Assembly: GCF_056712565.1 (NCBI RefSeq)
Contig: NZ_CM160072.1
DNA length: 64,000 nucleotides
Strand: one strand, 5' to 3'
Part shown: piece after piece, positions 41,589 to 51,059 of the stretch
Position numbering within the stretch: position 1 is the first letter of the stretch
Layout: the number at the start of each line of letters is the position of its first letter
Made by a program: the position numbers and the translations under genes
The notes under the pieces: model-generated
What the model saw: only the letters and a program-made list of their open reading frames with translations
Database searches by the model: none
What the model was told of the DNA's origin: nothing

Positions 41589-43805
41589 ATGGAACTTAGA
41601 TTAAAAAATGTTACCAGTTATAAGAAAGACGCCTTCACAATACTGAATCTTGAAAAAAGAGTAAACATACTATACGGCCAAAATGGTTGTGGCAAATCTA
41701 CCATTTCAAATTATTTCTACGACTCTACACACACAGATTATAACGAGTGTGAATGTACCCTTCTTGACAATTACAAACCTCTTGTTTACAACACTAAATT
41801 TATTGAAGATAACTTCTATAATGCACAGGAACAAAAAGGTGTTTTTACATTAAGTAAAGAAAATGCAGATATTGAAAAACAATTAATTGAAAAAGAAGCA
41901 ATTAAACAGCAACTCACAGAGCAATATAGACAAAAAAAAGGAGTGTTATTGAAATTAGAAGCAGAAATGGAAAAAAAAGAAAATGAATACATCGAATCGA
42001 TCTGGAAAAAAACAGAACCAATCAGAAACTCTGTACTAAAAACCTTAATGAAAGGTAAAGTTGGCTATAAAAGACCTTTTTTTGAGATGATAAAATCATC
42101 CTCACCAATCACCTTTATTAATTTAAATGATATAGCAAAAGAATACTCTATACTATTAGAAAATAGAAACAATGAAACCGCATTAATAACTCCTTTACAT
42201 CCATATACCCCATCAATTGATGATGTAAATACATTAGCAACACCTATAATAGATACAAGCAATAGCTATTTATCAGAAACCATTAATAAACTTCATAATC
42301 TTGACTGGGTAAAAAAAGGTAAAGAACATTATTTAGACGGTTCTACATGTCCGTTTTGTCAGGAAAAAACTATTAGTCACGAATTTTTAAATGCCCTTAA
42401 ATCAATATTTGACGAAAGTTATTCAAAGAAAGTAAAACAGCTCTCAGATATAAAGTCAGTTTATGAGAAAAATACCATATATCATTTTAACGAAATACAA
42501 AACAATATATCATCATGTGCACTAATCAATGAGAAAGATAAAGAGAACATTATTTCCAATATTAAAATATTGCAAAACATTGCAGAAAAAAATTTAATAA
42601 ACATTATTGATAAGATCAACAATCCATCAACATGCGTTACATTAGAAATTGATAAAGAACTAGAAAATCATGTTCAGGAAAGCATAGGCGCTGTTAACAA
42701 GAAAATAAGAGACATAAATGATAAGGTTAAAAAACTCAAAGAGTATGAGAATAAAATCGGAAAACAAGTTTGGGGGGCTCTCCATGCTTTTTGCAGCGAT
42801 GATTTAGAGAATTTATCCAAACACAAAGAAAAATTCTTTGATATCAAAAAGAAAGTTCATGATGAATTAAATAATATTGAGCAACAAGGAAAAGAAAATA
42901 ATCTCACAATAAAAGCATTGCGAGATAAAATATCTAACATTGATTCTACGATAGACTCAATAAACACCCATTTAAAAAATCTAGGGATCTCTGGTTTTTG
43001 TATTGAAAAACATGCAGAAAGAAAAGATATGTACATTATATCTCGACCAGGGCATACAAAAAACCAAAATGTTTATAGATCTCTTAGCGAAGGTGAAAAA
43101 ACACTAATAACGTTTCTTTATTTTTTAGAGTGCTGTAAAGGTAAAACCGATAAAAATGATACCGATAGCAGGGATATTTTTATTGTTATTGACGATCCAA
43201 TATCTAGTCTATCGCAAAACTATGTCTACGACATCGCATCAATTATTCATCACCACATTATAAAAAATGAATTAACAAAGAAGGTATTAATCCTTACTCA
43301 CAATCTTTATTTCTTTCATGAACTTATTAAGCTATCTCCTAAAAGCAGAGAAGACAAACTATTTAAGAAAAACTATTATCTAGGTAGAGTAACGAAAAAT
43401 GATTTTAGTATAATTACTGAAATACAAAAAAACAGCATACAGAATGAATATCAATCTTTGTGGCAAATATTAAAAGATGCAAAAGATGGCAAAGCAAACA
43501 AAATCATAATACCGAATATTATGAGAAACATACTAGAATATTATTTTGCATTTGTTCATAGAACAGATGCTCTACAAGATGAATTAACAAAGTTGGCACG
43601 CGACGATAGCAACAGTGATTTCAAAGCATTCTACAGATACATTAACAGAGGTTCTCACTCTGATGCGGTAAATATTACTGATATGGGCGACATAGACCCA
43701 GATAAATACCTAAAACAATTGAGAACAATATTTTCAGCTACTGGTGACGAAATGCATTATTTAAAAATGATGGACGAACTAGAAGAGGAAAACGTTACCG
43801 CTTAG
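41589..43805 (+). CDS. SMC/ABC-type P-loop ATPase with CxxC and C-terminal R-x3-E...H tail; RloC/PrrC-like anticodon-nuclease candidate (prophage cargo, tin/old position)
   Basis: Walker A GQNGCGKST near N-terminus; CPFC about aa 253; Walker B IFIVIDDP and LILTHN H-loop about aa 525-560; C-terminal RNILE...H; strongly AT-rich. Confidence 0.7.
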   Translation: MELRLKNVTSYKKDAFTILNLEKRVNILYGQNGCGKSTISNYFYDSTHTDYNECECTLLDNYKPLVYNTKFIEDNFYNAQEQKGVFTLSKENADIEKQLIEKEAIKQQLTEQYRQKKGVLLKLEAEMEKKENEYIESIWKKTEPIRNSVLKTLMKGKVGYKRPFFEMIKSSSPITFINLNDIAKEYSILLENRNNETALITPLHPYTPSIDDVNTLATPIIDTSNSYLSETINKLHNLDWVKKGKEHYLDGSTCPFCQEKTISHEFLNALKSIFDESYSKKVKQLSDIKSVYEKNTIYHFNEIQNNISSCALINEKDKENIISNIKILQNIAEKNLINIIDKINNPSTCVTLEIDKELENHVQESIGAVNKKIRDINDKVKKLKEYENKIGKQVWGALHAFCSDDLENLSKHKEKFFDIKKKVHDELNNIEQQGKENNLTIKALRDKISNIDSTIDSINTHLKNLGISGFCIEKHAERKDMYIISRPGHTKNQNVYRSLSEGEKTLITFLYFLECCKGKTDKNDTDSRDIFIVIDDPISSLSQNYVYDIASIIHHHIIKNELTKKVLILTHNLYFFHELIKLSPKSREDKLFKKNYYLGRVTKNDFSIITEIQKNSIQNEYQSLWQILKDAKDGKANKIIIPNIMRNILEYYFAFVHRTDALQDELTKLARDDSNSDFKAFYRYINRGSHSDAVNITDMGDIDPDKYLKQLRTIFSATGDEMHYLKMMDELEEENVTA

Positions 43806-43833
43806 GCCGCATATTATCGTTTTGGGTAAGAAC

Positions 43834-43853
43834 GACGGTGCTTACGCACCGTC
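43834..43853. terminator. Possible hairpin between convergent ATPase gene and gene A
   Basis: 8-bp stem gacggtgc/gcaccgtc with 4-nt loop; no clear T-run. Confidence 0.3.
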
Positions 43854-44028
43854 TCCCAACGCCCAAAGCGGTAGCGGTTGTACTGGCGTACATTCACTAG
43901 CTTTAACATGAGGCAATCTCCATGCCAGCACTATTGTTGCCAATAGCAGCCTTTATACCCTTTGTACAAAGCTAATACCAAGAGTAATGCAAAGTAGATG
44001 TCCCAAGCGGTAACGGGGCTATTCTATG

Positions 44029-46320
44029 TCAAACACAGAAAAAATCAAAGCGCCCTATGAATCCCCCCCAACCATCAGCGACCGGATACGTGAATTTTTT
44101 CCCGTCATAATTTACGGTCGCTCCACGCGCCAGCGCCTCAAGCTCCCATCGCTGCGGCATGATACCGTTCTGAGCAAGGTCAACGCGGATACGGGTGATT
44201 TGCAATCGTTCAGACCTGGTCAGTCTGGCAGATGGTGCAATTTCATGCGGTTTTAACGGGCTTCCGTTTCTTTGCTGACGGTTTGGCGTTCTCAGGTCGT
44301 ATTTTAATGCGCCCCTGAGCGCCCTCACGACCTCCGGTTCATTCCATTCAATAACACCGTCATCAACCAGATTAAGCACTGCTGCGGCGTGCTCAGAAGG
44401 TGTGGGAGCCGGTAACGAAGTATCACCACCGGTGAGCTTTCCACAGTTATTGACAGGACTCCGAGGCGCGGCGATGCCGCTTTTTAAAGTCAAAGGCTCA
44501 ACGACCGGAACTTTCGGCACAATGCGCCAGTCCGTCGTTCTGGTGATATGAATATGACGCGCGCCGAGATGCGGCGCGTAAATGCCGACCACTCTCTCGA
44601 CTTCTTCCTCGTACTCGTTAACGTCATCCGACGGGCTACGGGCAACCCTGACAGTCTGACAATCGCGCGGGACATTTGCCCCACCCTGCGCGCTGATATA
44701 CAACGCAAAATCACCACTGTCTGCGGCAGCGCGAGCAGCCTCGACGCGTTCGTCAAACTCATCAGCAATACTGACGCCGCGAGGCAATTTGCGTAGTTCA
44801 CGGTAAGCCCCCATTGTCGGCAGGCCAACCGTTTTAAATTGCGGAATTCGCCACGTTGACGCCCATGCGGTAACAGCCGCAGCAGTATCTTTCAGCGGCC
44901 TGCCGGTATCATTATCGAGCTGACCATCCAGTGCATAGCCATCGATGTTTTTTGAGATGTATTTTGCGATATACCCCGCAGCACCGCCCCGGTTAAGATG
45001 TTTTGCCTGAAAACGGTTTCGCGCGGCTCCTCTTTCGTCGCCATCCTCTTTGAGCGCATAGCGACGCATGATTTCGATAATCTGGTTACGCTGGCGTGGA
45101 TTACAAAAAAGCATCATATGCCAGTGCGGCGTTCCGTCGTGGTGTGGCTCGACGACACGCAAACCGTAGACCTGTAAATCATTATCCTTGAATGCCGTGC
45201 GCATCAGGCTCCAGATATGGCAGAGATAACGCTGCGCATCCTTTGGATTAAATGCCTCATCGTTCCAGCCGTGATTTAGCTGGACGGTTTTACTTTCGCC
45301 TTTTCCGACCTGACGTGTCGGGTGATACTTTGACGGCGCGGTAAGCGTGATAAACATCCCCACATCACCCTCTGCGGCGGCGTAACGCTCAATACCGGCA
45401 ATGGTGTTCATCAGCTCCATCCGGCGAATTTCAGGATTAGAAATACTGCCCATCACCTTACTGATAAGGTCGATGCGTTCGCCGGTTTCCCTGTTTTCAA
45501 GGTCACACGATTTAAGAAATTCCAGATTTGCCTGGCGGCGTGCACGCACATCACGAATGGCATGTTTACTGGCATAAGGTGAACGGTCTTTATTGACCTC
45601 CCCGACAGCAATCAGTAACGCCTCATGCCAGCGCATACGCTGGCCTTTAAGCTGACTAATCCACCACTCATCGTTAAACAGGCGGGCAATGGCAGAATAT
45701 GCCTGCCTCGTGGTCATCTGTCCTTTACGGTATTTTTTCCAGTAGAGCGGGGAAATATTGAAAGCACGTGCAGCGCCAGCAACATGACCATAGAGGTGAG
45801 CCTGCGCCTCATCCGTAAACAGCGATTCTTTTTCGCCATGCGCATCCACCCAGGCATCGCAGAGTTCCTCATACATCATGAAAAGCTGCGATGAGATACG
45901 GGCGGCAAACTTTTTCAGCTCCTTATCATTCATCCCCGGCAGACGCGCATAATGGTCACGCTCTGCCAGAAACAGCAACGACGCGTCGGTGTTCATTTCA
46001 TGGCGCTGATTCACACGCTCAATGCGCGGCCATAAACGACGCTGAAAAGTGGATGTGAGGAAATAAAACCCGTGCACCGGGCTTTTATTGCGCCGGATGT
46101 AGTCATAGCGTGAAGTAAACAGCGAGCGCAAAAAGTAAGGCAGGCGGTTAATCGTGGATAAAACACCTTGCACCTGACGCATCTCGTCACGTGTAAGGGG
46201 TCTTTCGCGCCCGACGGCCTCGCGTGGCGCGTTCCATGCATAAGCACCGGTAAACGTCTTACCGGTGCCTGCGGTAAATGCTGACGGAGGGACAAAACGC
46301 CCGGAGGCTTTAACGGCCAT
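44029..46320 (-). CDS. A: Replication initiation protein A (rolling-circle nickase)
   Basis: ORF 44029..46362; probable start MAVKASGRF at 46320. Confidence 0.88.
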   Translation of the reverse strand: MAVKASGRFVPPSAFTAGTGKTFTGAYAWNAPREAVGRERPLTRDEMRQVQGVLSTINRLPYFLRSLFTSRYDYIRRNKSPVHGFYFLTSTFQRRLWPRIERVNQRHEMNTDASLLFLAERDHYARLPGMNDKELKKFAARISSQLFMMYEELCDAWVDAHGEKESLFTDEAQAHLYGHVAGAARAFNISPLYWKKYRKGQMTTRQAYSAIARLFNDEWWISQLKGQRMRWHEALLIAVGEVNKDRSPYASKHAIRDVRARRQANLEFLKSCDLENRETGERIDLISKVMGSISNPEIRRMELMNTIAGIERYAAAEGDVGMFITLTAPSKYHPTRQVGKGESKTVQLNHGWNDEAFNPKDAQRYLCHIWSLMRTAFKDNDLQVYGLRVVEPHHDGTPHWHMMLFCNPRQRNQIIEIMRRYALKEDGDERGAARNRFQAKHLNRGGAAGYIAKYISKNIDGYALDGQLDNDTGRPLKDTAAAVTAWASTWRIPQFKTVGLPTMGAYRELRKLPRGVSIADEFDERVEAARAAADSGDFALYISAQGGANVPRDCQTVRVARSPSDDVNEYEEEVERVVGIYAPHLGARHIHITRTTDWRIVPKVPVVEPLTLKSGIAAPRSPVNNCGKLTGGDTSLPAPTPSEHAAAVLNLVDDGVIEWNEPEVVRALRGALKYDLRTPNRQQRNGSPLKPHEIAPSARLTRSERLQITRIRVDLAQNGIMPQRWELEALARGATVNYDGKKFTYPVADGWGGFIGRFDFFCV

Positions 46321-46585
46321 ATGAGCCAAAAGCCTCTGAACAACGCTTGCTGAGTTGCTCAACCTGCGCGTTTAAATCAGCAAAAGACTTTGCGCTTCCG
46401 GTCAGAATATCGTGATGCATCAGGCCGGAAACGAGCTGGCTTAATTTCGGGTAATAACCAACCACCGCCAGCCATTCCTGACCGGCGTTTTTACCGCTTT
46501 CCGCTCTCTTTTTCTCGTGGAGAATAAACTGAAAGCTGTCACTGGTAACGACATAACGTTCGCCAATTTCAATACGAATACTCAT
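46310..46585 (-). CDS. Small early-region phage protein (P2 orf83 position)
   Basis: 91-aa ORF between B and A. Confidence 0.6.
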   Translation of the reverse strand: MSIRIEIGERYVVTSDSFQFILHEKKRAESGKNAGQEWLAVVGYYPKLSQLVSGLMHHDILTGSAKSFADLNAQVEQLSKRCSEAFGSYGR

Positions 46586-46806
46586 GCCGTTCTCCGGTAA
46601 TGTTTGTTTTTTGCTTCAAAGACTGACTGACAGGAAACACAACGCGTGGCTGACGGATAAGCCGCACGACGGGCAGCAGGTATTGGCGCGTCACACTCTT
46701 CGCAAACCAGCGCAGAAGCACCGCAATGTTTTACCCTTGCCGCGTTAATCTGGCGCTCCAGTAATTCAGCCTGTTGTTCCTGAATAAAATCTACGTTGTC
46801 CGGCAT
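46582..46806 (-). CDS. TraR/DksA-type C4 zinc-finger protein (P2 orf82 position)
   Basis: 74 aa with CEEC...C-x2-C. Confidence 0.65.
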   Translation of the reverse strand: MPDNVDFIQEQQAELLERQINAARVKHCGASALVCEECDAPIPAARRAAYPSATRCVSCQSVFEAKNKHYRRTA

Positions 46807-46808
46807 TA

Positions 46809-47111
46809 TCAGCTCCTTTTATCGTTAAGTTTCCTGGATACATCAGCGCAATAACTGGCAAGTTCTGTCGTTAATTTTGTCAGTTCATCCACTGAGGAAA
46901 TTTGCTTGTGGAATACAGCGCGTTTAACAAGTAAATTGACCACATCAGACAGGAGGTTTAATTCATTCTGATAAATCGCGATAACAGATTCAGTGATGTC
47001 GCGTTTTTCTTTATCAAGACAAAGTTGAATAAGAGACAAATCGCCATTTTTCATAACGGCGATTTTTAAGGCGTTATTCAGTAATACAACTGAATGAGAA
47101 CAGGACATCAA
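46809..47111 (-). CDS. Small early-region phage protein (P2 orf81 position)
   Basis: 100-aa ORF. Confidence 0.55.
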   Translation of the reverse strand: MMSCSHSVVLLNNALKIAVMKNGDLSLIQLCLDKEKRDITESVIAIYQNELNLLSDVVNLLVKRAVFHKQISSVDELTKLTTELASYCADVSRKLNDKRS

Positions 47112-47332
47112 AGTACCTCCCCGCGAGACAATCCGATATTGTGAAATTTTTCCGACTCCTGACTGAGCAGCTCGACTATCTCCACGCGGGATAACTCCGC
47201 CTTTGTGATATGGCGAATCATGGCGTCAAGATGAGAAGAAAAGCGCGTCGCAGCGTCGGCCTGTGCTTCGGTTCTGGCCTGTTGCAGCAGTAATGCGTAT
47301 TTACCGCACTGATTTTCAGAAACTGTATGCAT
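47108..47332 (-). CDS. Small early-region phage protein (P2 orf80 position)
   Basis: 74-aa ORF. Confidence 0.55.
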   Translation of the reverse strand: MHTVSENQCGKYALLLQQARTEAQADAATRFSSHLDAMIRHITKAELSRVEIVELLSQESEKFHNIGLSRGEVL

Positions 47333-47395
47333 GACTTTCTCCGGGCAAAAAGAAGCCCCGCACGATTAAGCGCGTTAAAAACTCTGGTTAATTAC

Positions 47396-47902
47396 TTAAT
47401 GCAGATATTGCTCTGGTTTTACCGACGTCAGAATTGTCGGTGCATACTCAAACAGACTGAATAATTCACGTAATGCACGGAATAAAGCATCACGCCAGTA
47501 ACATGATTCCTCATTAATTCGCCAGTATGGCTGGTTAAATTCTTTTTCTGTCAGTCGTGCGTGCATAAATAAAGTGCGACGCTGACTGACTGTTAAAAAA
47601 CTAATATATGCATACTCACTTGCGCCAACCTGACGGCGTTTTGAGAATGCCCCACGCAACTCATCAATTGCACATACCAGTCGTTCACGTTCGACGTCGT
47701 TCATTTCTTCAAAACGCATCGTTGCGTGACGCTGTTTTAACTGCGCATGAAAGCAAACCGTTAGCCGTTCGCGCTCCATCATCTGATTATAATAATCACA
47801 TGTATCCTGCCAGCGAGGAACGGCAAGATGCTTACCAATTATCCGGCGCATAGCTGCTGGCTGTTTTTCAACGAGATTGAGCGTCATCACTGTCATTTCC
47901 AT
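47396..47902 (-). CDS. B: Replication protein B (helicase loader)
   Basis: 168 aa. Confidence 0.85.
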   Translation of the reverse strand: MEMTVMTLNLVEKQPAAMRRIIGKHLAVPRWQDTCDYYNQMMERERLTVCFHAQLKQRHATMRFEEMNDVERERLVCAIDELRGAFSKRRQVGASEYAYISFLTVSQRRTLFMHARLTEKEFNQPYWRINEESCYWRDALFRALRELFSLFEYAPTILTSVKPEQYLH

Positions 47903-48087
47903 ACCCTCCGGCTTTTCAGAAAGGTCAGAGCCTTTTTTAACGGACTCTGTTTTTTGGTGCGGATAATGATTCCCTTACGCCCCTTACCGTGGGTGATGGT
48001 GAAGTCAATCGCCCTGGGGCTTTCGTTACGCAATAACTGAGCAATACAACGAGGCTCGTTCATACGGTTCTCCTTAACGTGGTTCAC
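47893..48087 (-). CDS. Small protein (P2 orf78 position)
   Basis: 64-aa ORF between cox and B. Confidence 0.55.
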   Translation of the reverse strand: MNHVKENRMNEPRCIAQLLRNESPRAIDFTITHGKGRKGIIIRTKKQSPLKKALTFLKSRRVWK

Positions 48088-48349
48088 CGAGACCTAACCA
48101 CATCAACCAGCCGTCACGAATCTCTTTAGGGCGGCTTTCATAAGCCAGTTTTAGTCCGTTATTCCATGCCGGAAGGTATACCCAATATTCACCTGCACGA
48201 CCTGAAGCTGATTGTGGATCGGTCATATCAATTACAGGCAGCTTTCCTTTATCGATCATCCGACGAACCGCTCCTGTCGATTTTCCTATTAGTTTTGCGA
48301 ACTCCTGATAAGGAATCGCATCAGTCATGAGTGTTACTTGCTTGCTCAT
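48074..48349 (-). CDS. cox: Cox (excision directionality factor and Pc repressor)
   Basis: 91 aa starting MSKQVTLMTDAIPYQEFAKLIGKSTGAVRRMIDKGKLP. Confidence 0.88.
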   Translation of the reverse strand: MSKQVTLMTDAIPYQEFAKLIGKSTGAVRRMIDKGKLPVIDMTDPQSASGRAGEYWVYLPAWNNGLKLAYESRPKEIRDGWLMWLGLGEPR

Positions 48350-48463
48350 GTCGTCCCCCAGCCCTCATGAATTGCGTTTAATGCCTTATAATGCCTTTTA
48401 GTGCCCACATCCAAGCACTAAACAATCTACATCTAAACTAAATACCATTGAGATCTAAACACC
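48350..48463. promoter_or_regulatory. Immunity switch region (divergent early and repressor promoters with operator direct repeats)
   Basis: Intergenic between divergent cox and C; direct repeats catctaaac / gatctaaac about 22 bp apart. Confidence 0.5.
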
Positions 48464-48763
48464 ATGTCAAACACGATAAGCGAGAAGATAGTCTTAATGC
48501 GAAAATCAGAGTATTTGAGCAGACAACAACTTGCTGATTTAACAGGGGTTCCGTATGGCACGCTGAGTTACTATGAAAGTGGTCGTTCAACACCTCCAAC
48601 AGATGTCATGATGAACATCCTGCAGACCCCACAATTCACCAAATACACTTTATGGTTCATGACCAATCAGGTCGCTCCTGAGTCCGGGCAAATTGCGCCC
48701 GCTCTCGCACACTTTGGGCAAAACGAAACAACGTCGCCCCACTCCGGTCAAAAGACTGGTTAA
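48464..48763 (+). CDS. C: Immunity repressor C
   Basis: 99 aa starting MSNTISEKIVLMRKSEYLSRQQLADLTGVPYGTLSYYESG. Confidence 0.88.
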   Translation: MSNTISEKIVLMRKSEYLSRQQLADLTGVPYGTLSYYESGRSTPPTDVMMNILQTPQFTKYTLWFMTNQVAPESGQIAPALAHFGQNETTSPHSGQKTG

Positions 48764-48878
48764 CAATTTATCGTGAATATATTCATCACAAGTGCCTACT
48801 ATTGGTGGCTAAATTTCAGCCACCACGAAAAAAGCGATTAGTAGTAGCAAAAAAAAGTACCACTCGGAGGGTTTTCTG

Positions 48879-49892
48879 ATGGCAATCAAAAAACTCGATG
48901 ATGGTCGATATGAAGTGGACATCCGCCCTACTGGACGTAACGGAAAACGCATCCGTAGGAAGTTTGATAAGAAAAGCGAAGCTGTCGCTTTCGAAAAATA
49001 CACGTTGTACAACCACCACAATAAAGAATGGCTATCAAAACCAACAGACAAACGACGTCTGTCGGAACTGACACAGATCTGGTGGGATTTAAAGGGTAAA
49101 CACGAAGAGCATGGGAAATCTAATCTTGGAAAAATTGAAATCTTCACAAAAATAACGAATGACCCATGCGCATTTCAAATCACGAAATCCCTTATCAGCC
49201 AGTACTGCGCCACCCGAAGAAGCCAGGGTATTAAACCTTCGAGTATCAATCGTGATTTAACATGTATTAGCGGCATGTTTACAGCCCTGATTGAAGCGGA
49301 GTTATTCTTTGGTGAGCACCCTATCAGAGGGACAAAGAGGCTTAAGGAGGAAAAACCAGAAACAGGCTATCTCACACAGGAAGAAATTGCCTTACTGCTT
49401 GCAGCACTTGACGGCGACAATAAAAAGATTGCGATTCTTTGCCTGAGTACAGGAGCACGTTGGGGAGAAGCAGCTCGTTTGAAAGCAGAAAATATCATCC
49501 ATAACCGCGTCACGTTTGTTAAAACGAAAACAAACAAACCACGCACCGTCCCGATTTCAGAGGCTGTTGCCAAAATGATCGCGGATAACAAACGAGGTTT
49601 TTTATTCCCTGATGCTGATTACCCTCGCTTCAGACGAACAATGAAAGCAATAAAACCGGATTTGCCAATGGGGCAAGCCACACATGCACTAAGGCACAGC
49701 TTTGCCACTCATTTCATGATTAATGGAGGAAGTATTATCACGCTACAACGGATACTAGGTCACACGCGGATTGAGCAAACTATGGTTTACGCTCATTTTG
49801 CGCCAGAGTACCTTCAGGACGCCATTTCTCTTAATCCGCTAAGAGGTGGTACTGAGGCCGAGAGTGTCCACACAGTGTCCACAGTAGAGTAA
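48879..49892 (+). CDS. int: Integrase (tyrosine recombinase)
   Basis: 337 aa; catalytic R...HALRHSFATHF...GH...YAH; adjacent to att core. Confidence 0.9.
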   Translation: MAIKKLDDGRYEVDIRPTGRNGKRIRRKFDKKSEAVAFEKYTLYNHHNKEWLSKPTDKRRLSELTQIWWDLKGKHEEHGKSNLGKIEIFTKITNDPCAFQITKSLISQYCATRRSQGIKPSSINRDLTCISGMFTALIEAELFFGEHPIRGTKRLKEEKPETGYLTQEEIALLLAALDGDNKKIAILCLSTGARWGEAARLKAENIIHNRVTFVKTKTNKPRTVPISEAVAKMIADNKRGFLFPDADYPRFRRTMKAIKPDLPMGQATHALRHSFATHFMINGGSIITLQRILGHTRIEQTMVYAHFAPEYLQDAISLNPLRGGTEAESVHTVSTVE

Positions 49893-49971
49893 CGTTTAAG
49901 GGCTTTCAGTGGTAATTTATGCCGCTCAAACCCGCATTGTACCGTTGAAAGCCCCTACTGGTGACACCCTA

Positions 49972-49998
49972 AATCTCCCTTACACGGGCTTATTTTTT
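49972..49998. repeat. Prophage right attachment core (27 bp, AATCTCCCTTACACGGGCTTATTTTTT)
   Basis: Matches P2 att core; paired with 15398..15424. Confidence 0.8.
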
Positions 49999-50326
49999 AT
50001 GCATAAGCCCTATCCCTGGTCACCGTCTTCCATTGACCACATCGATAGAATCCTCCTTCATAGCACGATGCTTTTCACTTATCGACATCGTGCTCGCACA
50101 GGTTCCGGTTACGCACAGCCAGAACGCGCATGTTTGACGCTTACCAAAAAATGAACCTAAAGCATTGGAACATTTTTGACATCATTTTCTGATGGCTGCA
50201 TAAAATAAAAATTCTGCTTTAGTTTCATCTATCTGTTTGTCATTATTACTCACATTCAATAATGGTGTTGAAGAATATCCCATCACAGATAAAATAAATA
50301 TGTGCATGGTAGTCTTGAATCTATTC

Positions 50327-50644
50327 TCACTCTCCACATTTGAATGTCAGACGAGCGACGCCATGTAATCCTGCACCTTCTGTCTTCAGGTCAACTATCT
50401 GCATTTTTTTGCCCTGAGTAACACAGAAATGAACTGCATCATTTTTTACTATATTTTCTGCACCAGATATTCTACCCCTGGCTAAAGAAGCTTCGGCTTC
50501 GGTGTAGTATTGGTTATCGAGTTTACGCTGAATATTACTTTTATATGCAAGACCAAATTTACCGATACTTGTCTCATCATTATGTACAGCACACCCAGAC
50601 ATAAGAAAAACACTAATTAATGATATAGCAGCTATCTTTTTCAT
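50327..50644 (-). CDS. yegR: Small lipoprotein YegR
   Basis: 105-aa product MKKIAAISLISVFLMSGC (lipobox); ORF-track start is further upstream. Confidence 0.75.
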   Translation of the reverse strand: MKKIAAISLISVFLMSGCAVHNDETSIGKFGLAYKSNIQRKLDNQYYTEAEASLARGRISGAENIVKNDAVHFCVTQGKKMQIVDLKTEGAGLHGVARLTFKCGE

Positions 50645-51059
50645 CTCACCTTCCCCCATTAAATACCAACGACACTCTCTAGTGTTTAAATATAATAATG
50701 GCATGATTATTATAATTGAATAGGATTATAATAAATGTTCTGTACAACATTTCCTACATAAGTAGGAATTACAGACATGGTGGCCCTTCCGGGTAACCCT
50801 ATGGGGGGCTTAAATATATTTTGAATAGTATATTTAAGATGCCACTATTTAGTTGAATATTAGATATTTGCTCTTTTTTCAAATTTACTGGTGGCTACCG
50901 TTAATATTCGCTGTTCCCATTGCAAGCTCCTGGTGGTAACCACTGAATCCTCCATACTTGAACTGACTTTTTATCCTCCGACTTTCATCCTGTTCTGACT
51001 CCACCTTTTCTTTTCTGCTCTACACTATCTACAGACCAATCATAAAGGCACATACGATC

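Larger units (their letters stand above)
15398..49998. mobile_element. P2-like (Peduovirus-type) prophage, apparently complete
   Basis: Collinear P2 gene order ogr-D-U-T-E/E'-FII-FI-[cargo]-G-H-I-J-W-V-S-R-lysCBA-K-Y-X-L-M-N-O-P-Q-cos-[cargo]-A-orfs-B-cox-C-int, bounded by 27-bp att cores. Confidence 0.9.

Noticed and set aside
41589-43805. The 738-aa ATPase being the P2 Old exclusion protein
   Set aside because: Old is shorter and pairs its ATPase with a TOPRIM nuclease; this protein instead has a long coiled-coil with CxxC and a different C-terminal tail, and its composition is much more AT-rich than P2 genes
44026-44256. 76-aa plus-strand ORF at the 3' end of gene A
   Set aside because: Overlaps the C-terminus of A on the opposite strand with no RBS; more likely spurious
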